A program made the position numbers and the translations under genes. Shown here one piece after another: positions 44,563 to 55,249 of a stretch of 64,000 bases of DNA; positions within the stretch are counted from its first letter, which is position 1; each line of letters starts with the position of its first letter. The notes beneath the pieces were generated by a model. That model was given only the letters and a program-made list of their open reading frames with translations, was not told where the DNA came from and did not search any database. The DNA comes from an uncultured bacterium. Lineage in GTDB: Bacteria > Planctomycetota > Phycisphaerae > Phycisphaerales > SM1A02. The DNA lies in contig CAIWCL010000123.1 of the NCBI GenBank assembly GCA_903911205.1, forward strand, positions 10,819-74,818. Direction: 5' to 3'.

Positions 44563-45030
44563 ATGAAAGACCCCGCACTTCGCCGACGACGTTTCGCCTA
44601 TCCGATCATCACGCTTTGCGTGGCGGCGCTGATCTGGCTTTTCTCGACCGGCCGAGTTTCGGTCGAGCCGCAGGTCGAGGCAGGGGTGTACGAGAAGTTC
44701 GTCATGGAAGTGGTGAGTTCGGCGCGTGAGGGGACGGGCGCCCTCGCGGCGCAAGACGACTTTCTCGCCAAAAGTTGGCGCATGCTCGCCCCGGAAGCAC
44801 TGCAGGAACCTGGTGGCGGCGCGTTCCAAGCCCGCTTGGTGCCGCCTGAAGAACTGGATTCAGACGTGGTGCGCGATGCACTTGCCGGGTTGCCGGTCGA
44901 GGTGCGCTTGACGGAAGGCGCGGCCGCGGGTCGTGGCGTGTATCTCTACGTCCGATTCGTCGACGGAAAGGCTCGTGTGGTTGGCGTCGGAGCATGTACT
45001 CCCGCGCCGAGCGAGAGTGCTGAAAGGTGA
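44563..45030 (+). CDS. hypothetical protein with an N-terminal TM/signal anchor
   Basis: MKDPALRRRRFAYPIITLCVAALIWLFSTG..., 155 aa, no recognised motif. Start taken at Met 98 of the track ORF. Confidence 0.5.
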   Translation: MKDPALRRRRFAYPIITLCVAALIWLFSTGRVSVEPQVEAGVYEKFVMEVVSSAREGTGALAAQDDFLAKSWRMLAPEALQEPGGGAFQARLVPPEELDSDVVRDALAGLPVEVRLTEGAAAGRGVYLYVRFVDGKARVVGVGACTPAPSESAER

Positions 45031-45040
45031 GGTTGATGCG

Positions 45041-45940
45041 ATGAAGATCTGGATCAACGGGAAGTTCGTCGAGCCAAACGAAGCGCGTGTCGGCTATTTC
45101 GATGGCGGGTTTCAACACGGCATCGGCCTCTTCGAAACCATGCTTGCGCGCGGTGGCGCGGTGTTGCGACTCGAAGAGCATCTCACGCGACTCGGCGACA
45201 GTGCCCGCGCGCTCTCGTTGTTTGAACAGTTGCGCATTGAAGCACTCGGCGAAGCGGTGCATCATTGCGTTCAGGCGTTCGTCGAAGAAAGCGGGCTGCG
45301 TGACGCGCGCGTTCGGCTGACCGTGACGGGTGGCGATCTTGGACGACCATTCGCCGGAGCCAACGCATCGGGCGGTGCTGCCGCGCGGGTCCCCGATCCG
45401 ACAGTTGCCATCCATGTGCAGCCCCCGACGCGCTATCCCGACGAGTTTTTTACGAAAGGCGTTGCCGTCAGTGTCGCCGAATCACGTGTCAATCCGTTTG
45501 ACGCGTTCACCGCGCACAAGACTCTCGCGTATTGGCCGCGTATTCAAGCGTTGCGCGCTGCGGCTGCGGCCGGCTGTGCCGAAGCACTTTGGTTCTCGGT
45601 GACGAATCATCTCGCAAGTGGCAGCGTGTCGAGCGTATTTCTTGCCAAGCGTGGCCGCGTGTTTGTTCCATTTGCACGCGGGGAAGAACTCGCGGGCGCG
45701 CGACCTGCGCCAGTATTGCCCGGTTGTACGCGATCCGCAGTGATCCTCTGGGCGGAGGGCACAGGCGTGGATGTGGAGCGGCGCGATCTCACGATCGATG
45801 ATGTACTCGGCGCCGACGAGATCTTCCTCACCAACGCAAGCTGGGGAGTGCTCCCGGTTGTGCGAGTCGAGAAGCATGAAGTCGGTGGAGGCGTTCCCGG
45901 CGAGATCGCTCGTGCGATGAGAGAAAAGTGGCTCGCATGA
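45041..45940 (+). CDS. class IV (fold type IV) PLP enzyme, aminodeoxychorismate lyase / branched-chain or D-amino-acid aminotransferase-like
   Basis: MKIWINGKFVEPNEARVGYFDGGFQHGIGLFETM, TAHKTLAYW (PLP lysine context), and EIFLTNASWGVLPV. AGGTGAGG lies upstream of the ATG. Confidence 0.8.
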   Translation: MKIWINGKFVEPNEARVGYFDGGFQHGIGLFETMLARGGAVLRLEEHLTRLGDSARALSLFEQLRIEALGEAVHHCVQAFVEESGLRDARVRLTVTGGDLGRPFAGANASGGAAARVPDPTVAIHVQPPTRYPDEFFTKGVAVSVAESRVNPFDAFTAHKTLAYWPRIQALRAAAAAGCAEALWFSVTNHLASGSVSSVFLAKRGRVFVPFARGEELAGARPAPVLPGCTRSAVILWAEGTGVDVERRDLTIDDVLGADEIFLTNASWGVLPVVRVEKHEVGGGVPGEIARAMREKWLA

Positions 45941-46380
45941 GTGGTGCATCGAACAACGCGTCCGGCGGATTCGGCAGTTTTCCCGGCGGATTTCGCGTTT
46001 TCACTGTCGGACGTGATGCGGCGAGTCGTTTTCGCGTTCGTCCGCCATGGCGTGCGCGGGCGAATGCTGGGTTGCTCGAGCGAACCTTGGTCGGGCTCCT
46101 CACGTTTCTTCTCGCGATACCAATCGCGGTGCTTCTTCTCGCATTGGGTCTCATGCTCCTCGCCGCATTTCTGAGCTGTGCGGCAATATTTGTCGCACTT
46201 GGAATCGCGATGTGGTTGGTTCGCCGTGTCTTCGGTGTCGGACTCGGCCGTGATCCGCGCGGTGATGGTGTGCGCATTCGCCGCGTCGATGAAGGGCCGT
46301 TCGCCGATCCTGCGGCACGCACGGATGGTGGCGGCCGCGAAAACGTGCGCGTCCTTCCGCGTCAAGACCCAGAAGGTTGA
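45937..46380 (+). CDS. hypothetical small membrane protein
   Basis: ATGA overlap with the preceding stop. Two hydrophobic helices (LVGLLTFLLAIPIAVLLLALGLMLLAAFLSCAAIFVALGIAMWLV). No family recognised. Confidence 0.45.
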   Translation: MSGASNNASGGFGSFPGGFRVFTVGRDAASRFRVRPPWRARANAGLLERTLVGLLTFLLAIPIAVLLLALGLMLLAAFLSCAAIFVALGIAMWLVRRVFGVGLGRDPRGDGVRIRRVDEGPFADPAARTDGGGRENVRVLPRQDPEG

Positions 46381-46549
46381 TTTCGGGAGGAATCGAGCGA
46401 TTTTCGACGCGCGAGCCGCGGCGAATGTTGGTCGGGACACGTGAATTTTGTGCGCTTCGCGCGTGTCGTTGCCGACCAATTCCGGCGAGTCTTTAGGATG
46501 CGCTGCGCGGTGTTTCACGCGCACCTTTCGACGGAACTGAGGATGCAAG

Positions 46550-49500
46550 ATGGCTGAAGGAACGGCACCAGTGGTCGATGGCGAACCCGTGTTCGCACAT
46601 CTCCATCTTCATACCGAGTACTCGCTGCTTGACGGCGGGAACACGATCGATCGACTGCTCAAGCGCGTGAAGGAACTCGGCATGAACGCCGTGGCTGTGA
46701 CCGATCACGGCAACATGTTCGGCGCGATGGAGTTCTACATGAAGGCCAAGGATGCAGGCGTCAAGCCGATCCTTGGAATCGAGGCGTATGTTGCCGTTGA
46801 CCGTGATGGCAAGTGGGGCGATCGTCGCGACAAAACGCACACGGGTGAAAAGGACGGCGGCTATCACCTCGTGCTCCTCGCCGAGAACCTCGCCGGTTGG
46901 CGCAATCTGCTCAAGCTTTCTTCTGATGCGTTCTTGAACGGGTTTTACTATCGCCCGCGCATGGATAAGTCGACGTTGTCGCAGTGGGCGGATGGCATCA
47001 TCGCGATCAACGGTCACCTTGGTTCGTCGATCGCGACCTACCTCACCGACTTCGTGCGATCTGGTCAGGATCCAGTGCACTGGAAGCGCGCCGTCGACGA
47101 AGCGCGTTGGCATGCTTCGATTTTTAAGCCAAACGAAAAGGGTGAGCCGCGATTCTTTATCGAACTGCAGCGGCACGTACCCGAGCAGGAAGAGATCAAT
47201 CCGTGGCTGCGAAAACTTGCGGCCGAGCTTGATCTCCCGCTCGTCGTCGACAACGACGCGCACTTCCTTCGTCGCGAAGATCACGACGTCCACGACACGC
47301 TCTGCTGCATTTCGATGCAAAAGAACAAGGACGACGCGGCGCGACTGAAGTATCCCGAGTCGCTTTACGTGAAGAGTCCTGCGGAGATGCGGGATCTCTT
47401 CCCCGAAGATCTCGAGGCGATCGCGAATGCCGGGCGTATCGCAGCGCGTTGTGATGTGAAACTTCCCAAGGGCGAAAATCACGCGCCCGTGGTGAAGGTG
47501 CAGCATCCAGGCCACGGGCCGAAGTACGAACCTGCGAAAGACGGTGATCTCACTGAGTGGTTCAAGGCGTACTGCCGTCTCATCGAGACGCTGCCCTTCG
47601 ACGCAACGAAAGACAGCGAATCGCCCGCGGATCTCAAGGAAAGTTGCGATCGCGCTCTACGCGATCTTTGTGAAGCAGGTGCGATTTGGCGGTACGGTTC
47701 CGACGGCATCACCCCGCAGATTCGCGCGCGCCTTGAGCGAGAGTTAAAGATTCTTGCAGACAAATCGATCAGTGCGTACTTTCTGATCGTGTGGGATTTC
47801 GTGAACTGGGCGCGACAGCGTGGAATCCCGGCAAATGCGCGTGGTTCGGGCGTTGGCACGATGGCGGGGTACGTGCTTGGTCTTTCGAATGCGTGCCCCG
47901 AGAAGTACGGTCTTCTCTTCGAGCGTTTCACCGATCCTGATCGCTCGGAGTATCCCGATATCGATATCGATATCTGTCAAGACGGCCGCGGCGCCGTCAT
48001 CGACTACGTGCGCAAGAAGTACGGTCACGTGGCGCAGATCATCACCTTTGGTCGTTTGAAGGCGAAAGCCGCGGTCAAAGATGTTGCGCGTGTGATGGGG
48101 CTTACGCCCGCAGAAGGGCAGCAACTCGCGAATCTCATTCCCGCGGAGCTCGATATCACGATCGAAGAGGCGATCGCGAAGGAGCCGCAAATCGCGCAAA
48201 TGATTTCTGCGGATCCGCGCATCGCGCGCGTCTTCGATCATGCGCGAGGACTTGAAGATCACGCGCGCAATCAGGGGGTCCATGCGGCTGGTGTGATTGT
48301 GGCAACCCGGCCGCTCGATGACATCGTTCCGCTTTGCCGCGCGGCTGGTGGCGCGGAAGAAGCGGTGACACAGTGGGATGGTCCGACGTGTGAGAAGGTT
48401 GGTCTTCTCAAAATGGACTTCCTCGGTCTGCGCACACTTTCCACGATTGAGTTTGCGAAGCAACTCATTCGCGAAACACTCTCGCCGGAAGAGATTCATC
48501 GTGCGGTGGGGCGCACGCCGCCAAAGAAGGGCGAGAGCGCTGCTGCGGCGACGCTTGCCGATCCGCTTGATCTCGACCGCATTCCGCTCGACGACAAACG
48601 AGTGCTTGCGCTGTTTGCGCGTGGTGACACCAACGGTGTGTTCCAGTTTGAATCGGGCGGCATGAAGAAGTTGCTCGTGGACATGAAGCCCGACCGACTC
48701 GAGGATTTGATCGCGGCAAACGCGCTCTTCCGGCCGGGTCCGATGGATCTCATCCCTGACTACAACGCACGCAAGCACGGTCGCCAAGCGGTTCCCAAGG
48801 TGCACGATGTTGTCGAGCGATTCACCGCTGAAACGTACGGGATCATGGTCTACCAAGAGCAAGTGATGCAGGTCTTGCACCACCTCGGTGGCATTCCGCT
48901 GCGTGAGTCGTATTCGGTCATCAAGGCGATTTCGAAGAAAAAGCAAGATGTCATCAACGGCGCGCGCGCGAACTTCGTGAAGGGCGCGGTCGAGCGCGAG
49001 CTTCCGAACGCGAAAGCAGAAGAGCTCTTCGACTTGATCCTCAAGTTTGCGGGCTACGGCTTCAACAAGAGTCACTCGACGGGCTACGCGATTATTGCGT
49101 ACCAAACCGCGTATCTGAAGACGTACTTCCCTGCGCACTACATGTCTGCAGTGCTCTCCTTCGAAAGCCAAGCGCGCAAAATCGAAGAGTGGTCTGTCTA
49201 TCTCGATGATTGTCGCAAGCTCATATATCCCGATCATTCCGCGGAGAAACGACACATCGGTGTCGAGGTGCGGCCACCCGACGTGAATCTCTCGGAAGAA
49301 GACTTCGCAGTCGTCTTCGCGCCCGGCGAGAAAGTGCATGCGTGGGGCGGGCACATCCGTTTCGGCTTGAAGGCGATCAAGGGAATCGGTGCTGGCGCGA
49401 TTCGTGCGATCATCGAAGAACGTCGAAAGAGCGGCCCGTTCAAATCGATCTTCGATTTCTGCGAGCGTGTTGATGCACGATCGATCAATCGTTCCGGGCT

Positions 49501-50470
49501 CGAAGGGCTCGTCAAAGCAGGTTGCTTCGATTCACTGCACGGAACCGAGCAGCGTGCTGCGATGGTGGCAAGTCTCGAAAGCGCGATTTCCGCGGGTCAA
49601 AGCCTTGCGCGTGACCGCGCTGGAGGGCAAGAGACGTTCTTCGGAATGTTTGAAGCGGCGATGCCGAAGAGTGACGCTGCGGGGCCAGCGGTGCAGTTGA
49701 AGAAGGTGACGCCGTGGGAGCCGATGGAGGCGCTCAGTTACGAGAAGGAAGCACTCGGCTTCCATGTCTCGGGTCATCCGCTCGATATGTGGCGTGAAGA
49801 GATCGCGCAGTTCGCGACGGCTGATCTGCGTCGCGCGGCGGAATTGCCGCAAGATACGCCGATCGTTGTCGCGGGGCTCGTGTCACGCATGCGCGCGCTT
49901 GTCTCGCAAAAGGGCAAAAATCCTGGCGCGAAGATGATGATCCTTGGGCTTGCAGACAAGAACGCAACGATGGAGGGCGTGCTCTTCCCCGACGCGTTCG
50001 CGAAGTTCGGCGATCTCGTTGCGGGCGATCGTGCGATCGTGCTCATCGGTTACATCGATCGCGGGCGTGGCGAACCGAACATCATCATTGACCGCGTGAT
50101 TCCTTTGGACGAGGCTGCGGCGCACCTTGGAACTCGACTCGAGATCGCCATCGAGTGCGGAGGCGATGATGCGCGTGCCGCTGAAGGAACAATCGACATG
50201 GTGGCTGGGCTCTTGAAGCAAGCGAGCAGCGGTGCAGCGATGATGCCTGGGAAACCAGTCGAAGTCGTGTTGCACCTCGATGGCGACGCGCGACGCGTGA
50301 CCTTGGCGGCGCATCGACTTCGGGTCGTTCCTGCACGACCACTTCTCGACTCGTTGCGGCGAATCGTCGGCGCGGACCGTGTCCGTGTGAAAGGCGGCTG
50401 GACGCCTGAACGGCGAAAGCCGAAGCAGTGGGGCGGCCGCCCGCGGAGTGATGAGCCGGTTGAGGTGTAG
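46550..50470 (+). CDS. dnaE: DNA polymerase III alpha subunit
   Basis: PHP domain FAHLHLHTEYSLLDG, AVTDHGNMFGAMEFY, the polymerase core (GLLKMDFLGLRTLS, FNKSHSTGYA), and an OB-fold C-terminus. 1306 aa. Confidence 0.97.
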   Translation: MAEGTAPVVDGEPVFAHLHLHTEYSLLDGGNTIDRLLKRVKELGMNAVAVTDHGNMFGAMEFYMKAKDAGVKPILGIEAYVAVDRDGKWGDRRDKTHTGEKDGGYHLVLLAENLAGWRNLLKLSSDAFLNGFYYRPRMDKSTLSQWADGIIAINGHLGSSIATYLTDFVRSGQDPVHWKRAVDEARWHASIFKPNEKGEPRFFIELQRHVPEQEEINPWLRKLAAELDLPLVVDNDAHFLRREDHDVHDTLCCISMQKNKDDAARLKYPESLYVKSPAEMRDLFPEDLEAIANAGRIAARCDVKLPKGENHAPVVKVQHPGHGPKYEPAKDGDLTEWFKAYCRLIETLPFDATKDSESPADLKESCDRALRDLCEAGAIWRYGSDGITPQIRARLERELKILADKSISAYFLIVWDFVNWARQRGIPANARGSGVGTMAGYVLGLSNACPEKYGLLFERFTDPDRSEYPDIDIDICQDGRGAVIDYVRKKYGHVAQIITFGRLKAKAAVKDVARVMGLTPAEGQQLANLIPAELDITIEEAIAKEPQIAQMISADPRIARVFDHARGLEDHARNQGVHAAGVIVATRPLDDIVPLCRAAGGAEEAVTQWDGPTCEKVGLLKMDFLGLRTLSTIEFAKQLIRETLSPEEIHRAVGRTPPKKGESAAAATLADPLDLDRIPLDDKRVLALFARGDTNGVFQFESGGMKKLLVDMKPDRLEDLIAANALFRPGPMDLIPDYNARKHGRQAVPKVHDVVERFTAETYGIMVYQEQVMQVLHHLGGIPLRESYSVIKAISKKKQDVINGARANFVKGAVERELPNAKAEELFDLILKFAGYGFNKSHSTGYAIIAYQTAYLKTYFPAHYMSAVLSFESQARKIEEWSVYLDDCRKLIYPDHSAEKRHIGVEVRPPDVNLSEEDFAVVFAPGEKVHAWGGHIRFGLKAIKGIGAGAIRAIIEERRKSGPFKSIFDFCERVDARSINRSGLEGLVKAGCFDSLHGTEQRAAMVASLESAISAGQSLARDRAGGQETFFGMFEAAMPKSDAAGPAVQLKKVTPWEPMEALSYEKEALGFHVSGHPLDMWREEIAQFATADLRRAAELPQDTPIVVAGLVSRMRALVSQKGKNPGAKMMILGLADKNATMEGVLFPDAFAKFGDLVAGDRAIVLIGYIDRGRGEPNIIIDRVIPLDEAAAHLGTRLEIAIECGGDDARAAEGTIDMVAGLLKQASSGAAMMPGKPVEVVLHLDGDARRVTLAAHRLRVVPARPLLDSLRRIVGADRVRVKGGWTPERRKPKQWGGRPRSDEPVEV

Positions 50471-50611
50471 CGCGAGGGGCGCGCGTCGCGCGATGAGGCG
50501 GGCCATGGTGGCCCGCGGTCGTGCTGTGGTGGATCTGCGGTGGCGATGCCGTCGCGATCACTCGATCGCAGGTACTCGAGAAAGCTGAGATACTTTTCGT
50601 GTCGGTCGCGA

Positions 50612-51739
50612 TCACATCGCGGCCAGACGCTCGGCGAGATCTTTCGCTGCGAGCGCGTCGACGAGTGAGTCCAGTTCGCCTGCGAGCAACTTCGCGAGCG
50701 AGAACGACTGCTCGACTCGGTGGTCGACGGCGATACCTTCTTTGAAACGGTAGGTTCGGATTTTCTCCGCGCGGTCGCCGGATCCGATCATTGAACGGCG
50801 CTCTGCGCTGCGCTTCAAGTCGGCCTCGCGCTTGCGGAGTTCGAAGACGCGCGCGCGCAGCAGGCGCCACGCTTTCTCGCGATTTTGCCCCTGTGAGCGC
50901 GTCTCTTGCATGCGGACCTCAAGGCCAGTCGGCAGGTGAATCAGGTGCACCGCCGTCGCGACCTTGTTCACGTTTTGGCCGCCGGGACCTTGCGCGGTCG
51001 TGACCATCTCCTTGACCTCAGCCGGATCAAGTGCAGCGTCGACCTCTTCGGGTTCCGGCATGATGGCGACGGTCGCGGTCGAAGTATGGATGCGGCCCTG
51101 CGCCTCTGTGGCCGGGACGCGTTTCACCTGGTGGGTTCCGCCTTCAAACTGAAGGGCTGCGAAGGCGCCGTCGCCCTCGACAGTCGCAATCGCGTGCGTG
51201 AGTCCGCCAGCATCGCCGGGCTTCGTCTCAACGATTTCGACGCGCCACCCGCGGCGCGCGGCGTATGCGCGGTACATCTCGAAGACTTCACCCGCCCAGA
51301 GTGCGGCCTCGTCGCCGCCGACGCCCATGCGCACTTCGAGCATAAAACTCGCGATCGCAGCTTCTTCACCCGTGACCAGCGCCCGCACGATGCTCGCGGC
51401 GAGGTTGCGCGCGCGGGCCTCGAGTTCCGGGCGCTCGGCACGCGCCATGGACGCCATCTCCGCGTCTCCGGACGAAAGAAGTTCTTCAAGCCCGACGAGC
51501 TCGGTCGCGGTCCGTTCAAGCGCGGCAAGGGGCTCGAGGGTGCGGGCGAGAACTGCACGGCGACGGGAGAGCGCGCTTGACTTTCGGTGGTCGGCAGCGA
51601 TCGCGAGGTCTTCAAGTTGCGCTGCGATGCCGTCGTCTTCCGCACGTTGCTGCGACAACACGCGGCGCAGATTCTCCGGCAGGAGATCGGCGACGAGCGC
51701 TTCGATGCGTGGGTGTCGGTTGGCGGCGGACGTCATCAC
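50612..51739 (-). CDS. prfA: peptide chain release factor 1
   Basis: RVPATEAQGRIHTSTATVAIMPE (PxT tripeptide context) and GPGGQNVNKVATAVHLIHLPTG. The track start is GTG 51739; ATG at 51736 is the likely start. Confidence 0.95.
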   Translation of the reverse strand: MMTSAANRHPRIEALVADLLPENLRRVLSQQRAEDDGIAAQLEDLAIAADHRKSSALSRRRAVLARTLEPLAALERTATELVGLEELLSSGDAEMASMARAERPELEARARNLAASIVRALVTGEEAAIASFMLEVRMGVGGDEAALWAGEVFEMYRAYAARRGWRVEIVETKPGDAGGLTHAIATVEGDGAFAALQFEGGTHQVKRVPATEAQGRIHTSTATVAIMPEPEEVDAALDPAEVKEMVTTAQGPGGQNVNKVATAVHLIHLPTGLEVRMQETRSQGQNREKAWRLLRARVFELRKREADLKRSAERRSMIGSGDRAEKIRTYRFKEGIAVDHRVEQSFSLAKLLAGELDSLVDALAAKDLAERLAAM

Positions 51740-51764
51740 GATCTCTCGGTCTTCGTGAGTTTCG

Positions 51765-51834
51765 ACTCGTGATTTTTCACTCGTGATTTTTCACTCGTGT
51801 GTTCCCACTCGTGTGTTTCCACTCGTGCGGTTTT
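51765..51834. repeat. 14-bp tandem repeat x5 (actcgtgatttttc and variants) in the prfA upstream region
   Basis: Units at 51765, 51779, 51793, 51807 and 51821, with progressive divergence. The block starts 26 nt upstream of the prfA start. Confidence 0.9.
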
Positions 51835-51960
51835 GAACTGTGCTGTTTGAACCCATGCTGTCAATGCTTGTGCGAACCGTACGGGATGAGAGCGTACACC
51901 CCGCGTCGCCTCCGTGGCATCCAAGTGCGATCGTCTCGTGACGTCTGTGCGGTGCTGAGC

Positions 51961-51996
51961 GCCAACAACAAAGGCCGTCGCAACGCGACGGCCTTT
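51961..51996 (-). terminator. intrinsic terminator downstream of rpmE
   Basis: 12-bp stem (51970..51981 pairs with 51985..51996, aaaggccgtcgc/gcgacggccttt) with a 3-nt loop. On the minus strand it runs into TTTGTTGTT. Confidence 0.65.
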
Positions 51997-52035
51997 GAAC
52001 GTGTTCATTGGAACCAAGCGCCGAGGCGCCGGAGA

Positions 52036-52263
52036 TCACTTCTTCTTGTTCTTGTCGAAATAGTTGCCGGCGAACTTCTTCTGGAAGCGCTCAACGCGGC
52101 CAAGGGTGTCGACAAAGGTCTTCTGACCCGTGAAGAAGGGGTGCGACCCCGACCAAATTTCGACGTTCATCTCGGGCACCGTCGCGCCGACGGTCATGAC
52201 GACCTCGCCACGGAAGATGACCTTGCACTCGGGGTAGTACTTCGGATGGGTGTCCTTCTTCAT
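52036..52263 (-). CDS. rpmE: 50S ribosomal protein L31 (cysteine-poor, non-zinc form)
   Basis: MKKDTHPKYYPECKVIFRGEVVMTVGATVPEMNVEIWSGSHPFFTGQKTFVDTLGRVERFQKKF. The CxxC pairs of the zinc-binding type are absent. Confidence 0.9.
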   Translation of the reverse strand: MKKDTHPKYYPECKVIFRGEVVMTVGATVPEMNVEIWSGSHPFFTGQKTFVDTLGRVERFQKKFAGNYFDKNKKK

Positions 52264-52579
52264 GGCTGCTCCAGTCGTCGATCTTCGAAGATCATCCACA
52301 ATTTCGTATGACATCGCGCCGTGGCGCGCGGTGCATTGCTTTCGTCCCAGCCCGCCGGTCGGCGGAGGATCGAAGAATGTACCAACCGCGGGCAGACTTG
52401 CAAGCGGCCGAACGCTTGGCGGGCGCGTTATTGGACGAAAAGCATGTGGCATGTCACCGTCGGACGAATCATCTGCGACACTCCCGCGCTCTCGGCCGTC
52501 CCGCGTGGATTCTCCACGCGGTTCCGCACTTCACGCCGATCGAGCCGCTTCTGGCCTTCGGATTTCGAAAGGAAACGCT

Positions 52580-52912
52580 ATGTCGGATGCTCCGAACACC
52601 TTCCAAGTGACTTCTAGCAATTTCGATCGCGAGGTCGTTCAAGGCTCCACCCCGGTTCTCCTCGACTTCTGGGCGGCTTGGTGCCCGCCGTGTCGCATGC
52701 TGAAGCCTGAACTCGCGGCACTCGCTCCGGAACTCGAAGGGAAAGTTCGCATTGGCTTTGTCGATGTCGACGCCGAGCCAGAGATTGCCGCGGCCTTTGG
52801 TGTTCGAGGCATTCCGGCGCTCTTCGTGATGAAGGATGGCGAAGTCGTTGATTCTTGGACCGGCTACATGCCGCGCGCGGCGGTGAAGGCGCGACTCGAG
52901 CAGAAGGTCTGA
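52580..52912 (+). CDS. trxA: thioredoxin
   Basis: [20 protein letters not shown]...[18 protein letters not shown]. The active site is WCPPC. 110 aa. Confidence 0.9.
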   Translation: MSDAPNTFQVTSSNFDREVVQGSTPVLLDFWAAWCPPCRMLKPELAALAPELEGKVRIGFVDVDAEPEIAAAFGVRGIPALFVMKDGEVVDSWTGYMPRAAVKARLEQKV

Positions 52913-52922
52913 GTCTCGTTCC

Positions 52923-55223
52923 ATGAGTGCTCCCCACACGCCTACCTCTGCGACCTCGGAGAGAGGCCCGGCCACATCCACCACCGTTCGCGTTGTCGCC
53001 GTGGAGGGGATGCACTGCGCGGCGTGTGCAACGAAGGTTGAAAAGGCGCTTCGTGCAGATGCTGGGGTTGCTGCGGCGGACGTCGCGTTTGCAACACGTG
53101 TCGCCCGCATTGTTTTTGATCCGTCGCGTACGACGCCCGAACTCCTCGCGCGACGGGTGAAATCCGCTGGATTTCGGCTCGCGATGGATCGAGATCCCGC
53201 GGCGCGCGCGGCAGCGGAGTCGCGAGCGTTGGTCGATCTGCGGCATCGTTTCATTGTCGGTGCAGTACTGTCACTCCCACTCGCGTTCATCGCGATGACG
53301 CATGGTTCGGTTGCGTGGCTCGCGGGCGAAGTTGCCGCATGGGTGCAATTCGCGCTCGCCACTCCGGTGTTTTTTTGGTGCGGTTGGCCGATCCATCGCG
53401 CAGCGCTTCAACGAGCTCGGCATTTCAGCACCGACATGCACACGCTTGTTTCACTCGGAACGACCGTTGCATACGGCGCGAGTGTGTGGGCACTGATCGC
53501 GACGACTCCATCGCACGCGGCGCATCTGTCGCATCTTTGGTTCGAGGCTGCGGCGATCATTCTCGTCTTCGTGTTGCTCGGTCGATTGCTCGAGGCGCGT
53601 GCGACGGCGCGAGCAAGCGACGCGATTCGCGCCCTTGGAGCATTGGTCGTGCCGTTGGTTCGTGTGATCGAAATCGATAGCGCGCGCGAGACCGAGCGCG
53701 AGATGCCTGTCGAACTCGTGACTCCCGGCATGCGGGTTCGTATTCGTCCGGGCGAGCGCGTTCCCGTTGATGGCGAAGTTGTCCGGGGCGAAAGCGAAAT
53801 AGACGCGTCGATGCTGACCGGAGAGCCGCTCCCTGTGGTCAAGCGAGCGGGAGATCTGGTTGTTGCTGGCACGATGAATGCACTCGGTGTGCTTGATGTC
53901 GTCGCGACACGCGCATCGAACGATACGGTTCTTGCGCGCGTGATTGTGATGGTCGACGAGGCACAGTCGACAAAGGCGCGGATTGCTCGAACCGCGGATC
54001 GCATCGCCTCGGTCTTCGTGCCTGCGATCCTCGTTGTGTCGTTGATGACATTCGCTGCTTGGATGATGCTCGCCCCAGCGGAGATTCGACTTGCGCGTGG
54101 GCTCGAAGCACTTGTGAGCGTCCTGGTGGTTGCATGTCCCTGCGCATTAGGGCTTGCGACGCCAGTCGCGGTCATGGTCGCGTCAGGGCGCGCCGCGAGT
54201 GAGGGATTTCTCTTTCGAAGCGCTGCAGCGTTCGAAAAACTCGCGATGATCCGCGCGATCGTTTTCGACAAAACTGGCACGCTCACACAGGGTTCGCCGC
54301 GCGTGACGCGGATTCTTCCCGTCGAGGGTGTCCAAGAGGCGACGATCCTCGCTGCGGCTGCATCGGTCGAGCACTCAAGTGAACATCCCGTTGCACGAGG
54401 AATTGTTGAGGCTGCGCACGAGCGAGGTGTACCGTACGAACGTGCGGAGAAGTTTCTCGCGATCGCGGGTGAGGGTGTTGGAGGTGAGGTGCCGAACTCG
54501 AACGCTGCGAGTGGCGTTTCGCGCATCCGCGTCGGTCGGTCTGGGTGGCTTGCGCGTGAAGGCGTGCGTGGACTCCCTGCGGAAGCCGACACGATTTTCA
54601 AAGGTCAACGTGGAGAAACAGTCGTCTGCGTCGCGATCGATACTCGATGTGTGGGTGCCATCGGACTCGAAGATGCCCTCCGGTCCTCCGCGCGTTCTGC
54701 TGTTGCGGAGCTTCAAGCAGACCGGATTGACGCGTGGATCGCAAGCGGTGATGCCGAGCCGGCGGTGCTGCGCGTGGCAGCCGAATTGGGGATTGCGCCT
54801 CATCGCGCCAAGTCCGGGCTGACACCCGAGTCGAAAGCGGAGCTTCTTCGAGAGCTGAAAGCGCTCACGCCGATCGCATTCGTCGGCGATGGAATCAACG
54901 ACGCAGTTGCGCTCGCGGCGGCGGATGCCGGAATCGCCATGTCATCGGGTACCGATGTCGCGAAAGCGAGTGCCGATGTGGTGTTGGTCACACAAGATCT
55001 CTCGGCCATCGTGCGCGCCCTTCGACTTTCGCGCGCGACACTGCGTGTCATTCGACAGAATCTTGCCTGGGCGTTTGGCTACAACGTGATCTTGATCCCG
55101 CTCGCAGCGGGGGCGTTGTATCCATGGACCGGCGCGATGCTGCCGCCTGTGTTCGCAAGCGCTGCGATGGCGATCTCCAGTGTGACGGTCGTTCTGAATA
55201 GCCTTCGACTCCGCCGCGCGTAA
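52923..55223 (+). CDS. copA: copper-translocating P1B-type ATPase
   Basis: HMA domain [22 protein letters not shown], the CPC motif ([12 protein letters not shown]), DKTGTLT, and [14 protein letters not shown]. Confidence 0.9.
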   Translation: MSAPHTPTSATSERGPATSTTVRVVAVEGMHCAACATKVEKALRADAGVAAADVAFATRVARIVFDPSRTTPELLARRVKSAGFRLAMDRDPAARAAAESRALVDLRHRFIVGAVLSLPLAFIAMTHGSVAWLAGEVAAWVQFALATPVFFWCGWPIHRAALQRARHFSTDMHTLVSLGTTVAYGASVWALIATTPSHAAHLSHLWFEAAAIILVFVLLGRLLEARATARASDAIRALGALVVPLVRVIEIDSARETEREMPVELVTPGMRVRIRPGERVPVDGEVVRGESEIDASMLTGEPLPVVKRAGDLVVAGTMNALGVLDVVATRASNDTVLARVIVMVDEAQSTKARIARTADRIASVFVPAILVVSLMTFAAWMMLAPAEIRLARGLEALVSVLVVACPCALGLATPVAVMVASGRAASEGFLFRSAAAFEKLAMIRAIVFDKTGTLTQGSPRVTRILPVEGVQEATILAAAASVEHSSEHPVARGIVEAAHERGVPYERAEKFLAIAGEGVGGEVPNSNAASGVSRIRVGRSGWLAREGVRGLPAEADTIFKGQRGETVVCVAIDTRCVGAIGLEDALRSSARSAVAELQADRIDAWIASGDAEPAVLRVAAELGIAPHRAKSGLTPESKAELLRELKALTPIAFVGDGINDAVALAAADAGIAMSSGTDVAKASADVVLVTQDLSAIVRALRLSRATLRVIRQNLAWAFGYNVILIPLAAGALYPWTGAMLPPVFASAAMAISSVTVVLNSLRLRRA

Positions 55224-55249
55224 GCGCAATTCGGAATGTGCGAGCTTTC

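Noticed and set aside
47744-49354. 536-aa minus-strand ORF
   Set aside because: It is antisense to dnaE, whose protein is clearly DNA polymerase III alpha. No motifs; shadow ORF.
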